Made by a program: the position numbers and the translations under genes | Assembly (NCBI GenBank): GCA_964247055.1 | Contig: OZ176056.1 | Span: forward strand, 2,852,001-2,916,000 | Length of the DNA: 64,000 bases | Direction of reading: 5' to 3' | Source: Paragordius varius | Lineage: Eukaryota > Animalia > Nematomorpha | In this document: piece after piece, positions 50,601-62,600 of the stretch | Numbering within the stretch: the first letter of the stretch is position 1 | Layout: each line of letters opens with the position of its first letter | The notes under the pieces: model-generated | Told to the model about the DNA's origin: nothing | The model's input: only the letters and a program-made list of their open reading frames with translations | Database searches by the model: none

Positions 50601-53600
50601 AACACCCAAAAAAATTGTTGTGAATGTTGGGCAAAAGTTAGAACTTTTTGTCAGACTAGCAATCAAAATTCAAAATTGCACAGGAATCTGGCAAATAAAT
50701 GGAACCGAAATTAAAGATGGTTTTACGAAAAAATGGAATTCGTACACATATGTAAGAGCGAATGTTAGCAAAAATGATACTGGAACATACACATTTGTGG
50801 TTGGACCCAAATCAATAAGCATTAATGTGAAAGTTATAGGTAAATCTATTTTATAATAATCTATTTATTTTTTTATAATTTTAATATACTATAATAATTC
50901 CAATATCATTTACATTTCAAATTCACCCTTGAACAATTCGAATTTAGTTTTTCAAAAAAATATTAACTATATTTTATATTTCATATAATTAAATATTTTT
51001 TATAATTGAAATATGAAAATAAAACCTAAGTTATAAAAATATAATTAATGATTAATATTAGCCTGAAAACACATGTTTTTTAGGGTGAATATGATTTGTA
51101 AATGGTATATATTCTAATAAAAAATCTATCTGGATACTATAATGGCTGAGGTATATAATCTTAGGAGTTATTTAATAAAATAACTTTCGTAGGTAAATAT
51201 ATTCGGAAAGGGAAATGCCTGAAAATTATCATGATAACAGTGCCAAAAATGCTGTTTACAATTATGCTTCATAATCAAATATATCACTAAAATATATCTA
51301 TTACATATTTAAAAATAATACTTAAAATTTTTTTAAAAGTTTTTATTTTTTCGCTAAATAGTGTAGTTCTCTTAACACTTGGATACAACACATTCATTTT
51401 GGTCCTTGGATTCAAATTGGGGTAGTTGAACCATGCCTGTTAAAAATTAAATAATATAACACTTCTATTCAAATTGGGGTATCTAAATACCCCAGACTAA
51501 ATTTAAATTAGGATTTTAAAAAACTATTGAATGAAACGGTCCCAATTTAAATTTATGCATCTATCCTTATAAAAATTACATAAATATGCCAAAATATGTA
51601 AATAAAATTTTTTTTTTGAATAAAAAGTTCCATCTCAAACTCCTTCGACGCCATTTTTATTTTAAATTTTTTTGCAAAATATCGTCTTCTAATAATTTTA
51701 GGGTAAATTTAAAGCTAATATCTTATTTAAATTACATATAAAATTGATAAAAATAGAAAAAGCCGTTTATTTTGTAATATTTTTCAATTTTATCATTGAA
51801 CAGATGTCAGGTTGACTAAATTTTTACCTCTCGCTTTTAAAATAAGTAATATCAAGTATTTTTGAATAAAACTTTTGATATATTTTGGTTTATTAATGTT
51901 ATATAAGTGCAAAATTTTGCAATGGTTTCGATTCTTTCCATATTTTTTAAATAATTTAATTTTAAACAGGCCTTGGGTATTTATTTACCCCAATTTGAAT
52001 CGAAGGACTAAAATGAATGTGTTGTATCCAAGTGTTAAGAATTATGGAAGGAATATAAACCATGACAATTTTGCACTTATATAACATTAATAAACCGGAA
52101 TATATAAAAAAATTTCAAAAATACTTGATATTACTCATTTTAAGGTAAAACCTAAAGGTAATTTAGTCAAAGTCGCATATCATTGATTAATACAAAAAAA
52201 CCACTTTTTTTATAGATATCAATTTTAGATATGATTTAAATAAAAAATTAGTTTTACTATACCATGAAAATAAATGAACACGATATTTTGAAAAAAATTT
52301 GCAAAACAAAAATTGCGTCCAAGTAGTTGGGCATGAAAATTTTTTTCAAATTAAATTTTATTTAGATATTTTAGCTTATTTATATAATTTTTATTGGGAT
52401 AGAAGCATGAATTTTAATTAGGACTGTTTCCTTCAGTAGTTTTTTTTTACATTTTAAATTTAATTAGGTCTGTTTAATCCAAATTGAATCAAAGTGTTCA
52501 AATGACACAAAGATGCTGAGCGCGCTGAAAAATTTAATTTTATCCTAAATTATAACTTAAAATATTATTTAAAACTGCAGTTTTAAATTTTAAAAATTAA
52601 CTATTATATTATGTTAATATTCTGTCCCATATTCATACTATTTTTTGGTATGAAAACGGGATAAAAACACTAATATATATTTAAAAATATTGTTAATATA
52701 ATAATGATAAACATTTTTAATATCTCAAACTTTAAATATTCGTTAATTTATGATTCATCTTAAATATTTTTTTACAAAATTCCATCTAAATTTTAAAGGA
52801 AAGGCTTTTAATTGAAATTTTGCGTAAGTAGTGTTCAGCATCATCAAATTATATAGAATTAAAGTAAAGTGTTTTTATGCGGTTTCTATTATAAAATTGT
52901 ACGAAATACGTTCCAACAATGTTAAAAATAAATTTTTGAAAAAAAAGGATGCATTTTTTAAAAAATAATTTTAGTTAATAAAATTTAGCTTAATTTATCA
53001 TATTTATTGCGCCTCGGCATTTTTGCCTTTATTGTAAGAGAACAGCCCATTATAAAAGAACCAAAAAGTTTGGGACTTTTGGAGCCCCAATCCTATAACT
53101 AATTCTTTTAAAATAATTGTTTGGCTTTTTATTAGTAGTTTATTATATATTATATATTTAAAATAAAGCTTATAGCTTTTAAAGAAAATTATCTGAAAAA
53201 ATGTGTGCAGATTTTGTCAATTCTATATTAAGTATAGTAAAAAAGTGTTCTATATTGCTCGTAAGTAAAAGGAAATGCACCAAGATATTCCCAATATAAA
53301 TCCTTATCAAAATATTATTATATCAGGGTATCTTTTTGTTACCCCCCATTGGAAGCAGTGTGATACTGAGCATCTTTATTTTAGGCTAAATGCTTTATTT
53401 CAAAAATATTATAGTATTACATACTATAATTTAAAGCAGAACAATATCTTAATATTTTAACTTCAAAAGTGGTCCAAGTCTCAAAATATTTAAACCGTTA
53501 AATGGTCTAGTTATCTTAAAAAACGCAATGCGGATGAGATAACAACATTTTTAATATATAATTGTTTCGCAATATGTTGAACATATTTTTAGATGCAATG

Positions 53601-56600
53601 TATAAAACACTTTAAGGAATTTGAAAATATTTGAATGCCAAATGTTAGAATAGGGTTCGAGGTTTAATTAAGTTCAACATCAACGATATATATATAGAAA
53701 AGGGGTATATATACAAAGGTTTGTTTTACCGTTTCACCATACTCGAAAACATCTTAAAATACGCATCAAAATTTTATAAAATTATAACTTTTAACCAAAC
53801 TAGGCTTTTAATATAATGTTTGATGTTATATCCCATATATGCAAATTCTTATCGCAAAATTTAGTTTATTTTAGAAGGCGTCAAATATATATGACGTTCG
53901 AGACTCACATCTTATAATTAGAATTAAAGAAGCTTGCTTTCTTTTAATACTCCTGACATTTTGGGGTAATATACCCTATCCTTTTACCTTTTATAGACGC
54001 TTGCAAAAAAAATTTATTTAAAATTCCTTATTTAATACTTTTTACACGCCATTTTTTCAATTATTTAAATCGCTAGTACAACATGCAATAAATAAATATG
54101 TTGGTTGAACAACGTAAGCAATTAACTTTCGAAGGCTCTAATTACGATTTAACACCAAATTTTCGTAATTGATTTCGATATCAGTTGTGCTTTTGAATCT
54201 GTTCTGGAGCTATCTATATTTAGGGCTCTGGAAAAAATTAAAATATAAGTTTTTTACACCCTGTGTCACTGCGTAAAAATTTATTTCTTAGATAGCCCAG
54301 CGAATTCATTTGGCGAAAAAAATTAATTTATAGATGACCTGGTTGAAAGAGAAAATTTAAATTTAGCATCTCTTATCATTTAATTTAACACAATAAAATA
54401 CTTATAAGATTAATAAATTATATTTTTTGAGTAATACTGTTTTATTTTGGAATCCTACCTGAGCGGGAAGTGGAATTCAACGATCTGCATACAGGTTTAC
54501 ATATAATATTTTTACTGAGATTTACGGATATTGGTTGAAATTACATTAATTGTAAATCCTATTTTGCATTAATTTATATAGATTTGATTCCTGCTCATAT
54601 AAATTCCAAAATAAAACAGTTAAATATTTTATTAATTTTATTTAATATATGCGTTTTTAGTATAAATTATAAATGTTAATAAATTTAAAGTTAAAAAATT
54701 TTTAAGTTCATAACATTTTAATTGTGTAAGAAATATGTTAAAGGTTTAAACAGGATTTTTGATCTGAGTTTTAATAAAACCCTAATTATATGATTTTAAG
54801 CTATTAAATATGTAAATATCTGATATCTATAAATAATTAAATATCTCAAGTTTAGATTATTTTTTCCTTGAATAGATTTAATTTCCCGATTTTTGCCCAA
54901 CTTTGATTTTTCAAATTTAATAAAAAACAAATTACAATTTTTGTGGCATCGCTGGTTATAGGCTATCATATAATAACTCTTTTTGCTTGCAAACAGGGTG
55001 CAACATAAGATGCGATAATTTAGTATACAATCTTAAAATGAAGATTAACATATATATATATATATATATATATTGCATTACTTATACAAAAATTGCTTAT
55101 GATTATTATTATTAATACGTGAAATAGATCAATTCAATGACAACGTTTTTTTAGTTGTTACTTATTAAGCAGAATTTTCTTAATATATGAAAGCGACTGT
55201 TATAGTTATTACGACCATTTATACTAATAATTTGTTTTATTTATAAAGATCCTTTAGTATCCAAACTCTATCCCGATCAGGTTACAACTGATTTTTCACC
55301 AGTTGTGGAACAAAATCAAACTTATTATGTTAGTATTTATGAAAATGAATTTGAAGTTAACGAAGAATATATAAGGAATAATACCCAACTAACACCCTAC
55401 ACATATGAAATACCTCCAAATTTTGAGGGATCATATACTTTTTGTATCACCGCTTCTTTCGAGGAATATTGTGCGGAGGAGATTGATATTCCAGGTTAAT
55501 ATTTTTAGTATAATCTTATAAGTTCATGCGGATCATTATGCAATTTTTAAATTTTATCTAAAACCTCATCGTGTTAAGTGAAAACGAGTTTAGGTGGTTT
55601 CAAAGCCACGCGAGACAAAAATATGGAATTCAAAATTTTATATTTTTAAAACTCTATAAAGATCATAATTTGGCTGGTTTAATTTATTTTTTTCCATGAA
55701 CATTTATGAAGTGGATATTGAGCCATGTTTTTCCCGAGAGTTATGACGGAAGAGGCCACTAAGCATATATGATCATAATTCATAATTTTACGTTTAAAAT
55801 TAATTGTTAAATCCCTCATATAATTGTAAAATTGTCAAACCTGTATTCTCGCTAATATTTATTCCGGATGACTATATTTTAAATTCTGAAATGTTAATAT
55901 ATATAAGATAAATGATAAAAGGTTTATTAACTTTTATATATTATTACAAAAGGAATTATGCTAGATAAATTTATTAAATGACTAGGGAAGCGATGGTCAA
56001 AACCACTGGCAACAAAACGGGGTTTAATAATTGATGCTATGAAAAATATATCGCCAATACCTAAAAGTTTTAAGATACGTATAAATTGACTGAGAATACG
56101 GTTAAGCTAGAAAAAGTTTTTGGTAATTTATAATTGACTAAAGTAAATCGCATCTTCACCCTACACCAGGGCAAAAAAATAAAAAACAAGGTACCATCAG
56201 CAAAAATTTATTCGTTAATATGATGTGGAAACATAAATTTAAAAGCTAAATGTTATTTAATCTGTCGTATTTCAGCAGGGTCTTGGGGGCCTAAATATTA
56301 GCTTAAACATTACGATTTGCTTCAAATATGAATAAAATTTATGTGCGGATAAAATTCTATTTATTTTACCATACACTTACTAGATATTAAGAACGTACCC
56401 AATATATAACTCAAAAATAGCAGCAAGATAATAAATATTAACAGTCCTCGAATATTTTCATATTATAAATATTTTTGATGTGATAAAATAATTTTGGCAC
56501 CATTTTCGCTTTGGGTTTTATGTATAACAATCCATGTATAAAAATAAAGTCAATTCTTTTTCTACATAAGATTTTACAGAATAAATATAAATATTGGAAA

Positions 56601-59600
56601 TTAATTATACTCAATTTCCAATGCATATTATCTAAATCTATATAATGTATATCATATATATCATATATAAAGGTGTAGTCATAAGTTTTTATTGTTTTTT
56701 GGTTAAACAAATAGATAAATTAGAGAATCATTTATTGTTTAATATGTACACGGCTTCACATTTCGCCCTTGAAGGTTTTGTTGAATCATTTATCAATGTT
56801 CTCCAAATTAATGAAGTAGTGCTTTATTAGGTTGAGCTTCATTGATGTAAAGATGTAATAATCAGATAGAGTCAGTTGAGCAGGGCGGATGCAAAATTTT
56901 TTTTTCATCATACAGATTTTAAGGCGTGAATCAGCTGTGTGAGACGAAAAATTGTTACGTAGCGAATCACTTTGTCATTTCTGGCTGGGAGGTTTTTCGA
57001 GTAATGCATCGTTTAAATTAATCGAGTTGCTTATTAATGGTCTCCATAGCTTTAAACATAATAAAAATACCAGTAACACATGTTATTTCTAAAGCGATTC
57101 AGGTATTTGTGTTAATGGACCCTTGGCAAAGTAAAGACGATTATTTTCGTTTAGCATTTATAATGAAGCTTTTTTCATCATCAGTCACATTTAGTGCAAA
57201 AACACCTCATGACGCTTAAGCAGGTTTCGGAAGTCACTTAATAATTTTCATGTTTATTTAAATTGTGTAGGCCTTTTTTTACCAAGTTTGGCCAATCCCA
57301 TTGCTAGACGCCTGCTGAATATCCAAACATGGAATGCTATTGCCAACTGTTGATTTCGAATTGGGTCCTATATCCAATAACTATTGTACCTGATCGTCTA
57401 TGTGGTCAACCAGAAAGACCACGGTTCTTGAACACAATTTTTGAAACCATTTAACGTGATTTAATTGGGATAGCATGTGTTAAAATGACGTTTTTTTTAA
57501 ACCTTTTTTTGATGAAACAAAACATTCTTAGCGTTCTGAAAATGTTCTTCGAAGTCAGAAAATTTGATATAATTACCGAGTGATAAAATAAAACGCTACC
57601 TTTTTGCGGAATCGAAATGCTTATATAGTTTAATATCAAATGAAAAGTTCTATATAAAATCGATCGTTTGCCCACTTTTTGCTCATGTCTTCTCTTAGTT
57701 AGGTAATTACATAAATTTATATCACAATGTGAGTTTGTGGGAAGGTGTTTTCAATATGCAATTTTAACTTACTTCCATTTAAAAATCAGAAGATTGCAAG
57801 GTAATTAGCATCAGTTATTATTAAAATATTGATTATATAGTTTATTATAGGGAAGTTTACTTTCACTATGGTTGCCCTAATTTTTTACCGCATTGTTCTC
57901 TTTAAAATCCAAAATTATAAAATATAACATTAGAAAATATGATAAAGGAGCCTAAATTAAGTATTTTAATTTTATACCTGTTTTAATATTAAAACAGTAT
58001 ATAATTTGTACTAAATAATCTCAAATTAAATATAACAAATCTAAAAATCATGATTTTAACTTAGACTCACTTAAAATTAATTCATTTTCCCTTTATGCAA
58101 AGATTAAATTAAAAAATTGTAATATTTTCAAATTATTATCATTAAAATTAGTATCTTTTTCATGTTAGTTATTCAGTATAAAAGGAAGGTGAATATATTT
58201 AACTAAAATAAATGTATATCTATTTACTTTTTTTTCCTTTAGCCATGCCGAGTGTCAATATACATTTTACGACGCAAAAAAATGGTGTAAACCTATCTTG
58301 GACAGAATATAACGGGGTATCGTATTCACTAACCGCTAATGGAAAAATGTTTAAGAATAATATTAAACCAAAATATTTCATTACATATGAGCTGCTTCAA
58401 TCAAATAAATTAATTTTTACTGCATACAACAAGAGAGGAGAAACCAATTTTACTATACCTGAAAGTAAATTTTAAATGAAAATAACATTATGCATCGTTA
58501 TTTATTTATTATTAATTGTAATTATAATTAAATTCTATCAATTATATTAAAATTTAAAAATTATTCAGATGAATAGTCCCAGATTTTTCTCTTTAAAAAT
58601 ATTAATGGTTTTTGTTTGTAATGGGTCGCGTTCACTCTTATACAATTATTATTGAGTAAAAAATAATGGTTTATTATGGCACTGCTAATAATATTCCCAT
58701 ATATAATTATAACATAGCACCTATAATATCCGCAATAAGACCGAGAGAAATAGGGGAAAAAACTACTAAAATAGAGTGGGATTCCAATGTCAACTTTTTT
58801 AACATATTTGAAGGCGAAAACTGCGAAAATTGGTTAAACCATACATCCAATCCATCTTATAGTGTATTCTTAAATGCGTCGACCAAGAAAATATGTATTA
58901 GTGGTAGCAATGGATACTTCTCTGGCCCAATCAAAACTTTTGTCCTTAAACCAACAAGTATGTGCAATATATGTTTTAACATGTTTTATATCACATGTTA
59001 TGCCAACAAATTAATATTGCCACCTACCCACGGTGTTGGCTTAGGCATGAAAATGCCCAAACGGCAAAGGCCAGTTTCTAATGATCAGTAAAATCATTAG
59101 TTGTACACAAGGGCATTTGCACTACGTAAAAATTGCATCAGATTACCAAAAATATTATAAATATGAATTTCGTGGTACGAAAACTACGAATCCGGAGTCC
59201 TACCCTATGATGATGTATCACATGTTAGTATATTATTTACAGTTCAAATTCACCCTTGAAAAACTCAAATTCAACCTCGTCAATTCAATTCGCCCTAAAC
59301 TGAATTATGTGCTTTTTAAGATTAAAACTTACCTTATTTTTTAATATTTTTAAAATATGAAACTCTGTTTAAAATTAATATAATGCTGATATCGTAAAAA
59401 TATATCTCATATTACTGATAAGTTATGTTAGAACTAGGGTTGTGCTGACCAAGTTATGACCGGTCAATTGACCGAGTCATGACCAGGTCAGTGAATATTT
59501 ATTTTTTAACCATGGTCATTTAAAAAAACAACTGTTTTTGAAAAATTGAATTTTTTTTGGAAGAAAGATATAAAGATTGTATAGTTTTTTAATATATTTT

Positions 59601-62600
59601 CTAAAAAATATATTTTAAATATGCTTATTTAACAATATGATATTGTTAAACATGCATTTTTATAACATTAGGATTTAATATCCAGTTATTTCGAAAAACA
59701 AAACAATCAAGAGCTTTTCAAAATATGGAATTATTCCATATCTGTGAACCAATAAAATGAATAACATTATATAATTGTATATTTTAATGATGAAAGAAAG
59801 TGTCAAACAAACTAGGTAAAATTTAATTTGAAATATCCAGTATAAGCTATGTATTTGAAGCTTCAGAAGGCCACAAACATGTGGCAAAATTCAATTTTAT
59901 ACAAATTTCTTGATTAAATTTGGTTAATATTTGTAAATAAATATTAAAAAAATGTATACTACAATCTTTTTAAAAAATATGATATTATTAGTGAAACGCA
60001 AGTGTAATTCGAACTTTATTTTGACAATCCAAAATCGCAAGATACTTAATTAAGTAAAAAGTGGTCATGACCCTGACTGGGTCTGACCGGACTTTTTTGA
60101 AAAAGCAGTCAAATGCACAACCCTAATTAGAACACATAATATATTTGTAGGGTAGATTCGAATTGTTGAAGAGCGAATTTGAATTGTTCGTTAGGCCATT
60201 TTTTCATTTTGACTAATTATAAAATATGCAGTAAATTTTTGAATTCTTCATATAACCTCTCTTAAAAACAACCGCAAAATCTTATAAATTATTAATATAT
60301 GATTATGAAATTTCAATATATTTGGTAAAAAAAAAAGTTTAAAGTTATATTGCCTAACACTTCATGTTTCAATTTTTTCCCGAGTGACATATTGGGATAG
60401 TTGTATATCTAAGAGATCCATTATAAGTTAAACTACTGTTTTGAAAGTTATTTTGGTAAAAAATTATCAAACATTGTCAGGTAAGATAAAAAAGCATATA
60501 CTTTTTTTACAGATTTGTGACTACTAGAGTCCAAAAAAAATCGGAACAGCTCATATAAAAAATATATATCATGTTTTCGCTGATATTTGCAAAGTTAATT
60601 ATTTACCTTTTTAACCATAAAATACACTTTATTAGCCTTGTTGCATTGGCGATTTAATAAAAATTATAGAAAAAATGGCGGTGAAAAGTTAGAGATGAAA
60701 ATTGTTTTAAAAATTTGTATAATGCGCCAAAGCACTAAAGAATATACCTTAAATCAGGGGTATCTAACACAAATGGCTTAAAGAGCCACATTTAAATTAA
60801 TATAATTCAAGACAAAAGTATCAAATAAATATATTCCTCAAACTTTCATAGATGTGTTAATTTTTATATTAAACTAGCGTGAATCTCGTGCTGCTACGCA
60901 GCCCGAGGAAGTCCTTCGGACTTCTGGGGAGGGGGGGGGGTTCGAAGTTTGGATTTGAATGGGTCTACCGTTTTTCCTGTAGATCACAAAGCCAGCATTT
61001 TCCATTTTTATAAATATATAGATTACCATAAATAATGTATTAATATCCATATATCTTTTAACATGCTATACATATGATAGATACTCCTTACTCAGCATCT
61101 ATCATCAAAGAAACGCTTGACTAAAATTTTTGCCTTTTAACAGGCAATACGAAAAAACTTTCTCGAATTTTTCCAGTCTCATACCGTGGGCAAAAAAATA
61201 CAATCAAAAAATTATTTTTGTGGACTTTGTTTTTTGAAAAAAATGGCATTTTTTGGGGGGAGCGGGTAAAAAGAGGACCTAAATCAAAAAGTGACTCGAC
61301 TATGTTCGGCGCAATCGAAAATAAGTAAACAAAAATCATATTTGAAATTGAATGGTCCAACACGTTCTCCGGAAAATTGTCTCAAAAACACGATTTTGTG
61401 GACTTCTGTTTTTAAAAAAACCCGTTTTTCATACGGGGTGGGCCCAAACTGGGGACCTAATTCCAAAAAAGGGCGAAGCTATTGTCGGGGCATTCATTAA
61501 TGATTAAATTTTTCCGATATTTGGATTTAAATGGCTCCACCGGTTTTCCGGAAACAGATCACAAAGTTATATGAAAAATCAGTTTTTAGCGGGTAGCTCC
61601 TTACCCAGCAGCTATCATCAAATAAACGGTGGACTAAAATTTTTGCCTTTTAACAGGGAATACGTAGAATCTTTATTGAATTTTTACGGTCTCATACCTA
61701 GGGCGAAAAATCGATTTAAAAAATTATTTTTGTGGACTTTGTTTTTTGAAAAAAATGGCATTTTACGGGGGGAGCGGGTAAAAAGAGGGCCTAAATCAAG
61801 TGACTCGACTATATTCGGCGCAATCGAAAATAAGTAAACAAAAATCATATTTGAAATTGAATGGTCCAATACGTTCTCCGGAAAATTGTCTCAAAAACAC
61901 GATTTTGTGGACTTCTGTTTTTAAAAAAACCCGTTTTTCATACGGGGTGGGCCCGAACTGGGGACCTATTTCAAAAAAAGGGCGAAGCTATTGTCGGGAC
62001 CTTTATTAATGATTATATTTTTTCGATATTTGGATTTGATTGGATCTACCGGTTTTCCTGTACCAGATCAAGCCAGCATTTTCCATTTTTATAAATATAT
62101 AGATTAAAAAAAACAACCATAGTGTGAGACGCGTATCGTCCTTGTTAAGGACTTATTCATAATGAACACAAGCATACTCTGTCAGTATTTTAAGATTTTA
62201 AGACGAGTGATAACGAAAGAGAAAACAGAGAACTTAAGGCCTAGAGAGGGCAACCAATTGTAGTTAGATCAAGCTAATTATCATAATTCCTTCTTATCCA
62301 TCAGCCAGGATAGGGAATTTATAATTAAAATTCACCAATTTTTTGGTGGCCATTTTTATATTTAAGGGTAGGCTAATATTTACGATCTCCATATTATGTT
62401 GTTATTAAATATAAAAATGGCTTTTTCCGCCAAGATTTTTGTGAATTTTAACTAATAAAAATATAAAATTTTGCTGTTAAATTGTACTTGAATGGAAAAT
62501 TAAACTTTTTATAAAGATCTGCTAATGATGAAAGCACAATTATATAATATAGCATGATGTATATTTTTCACAAGGACAACTTAAACCACCTTACTTAAAA

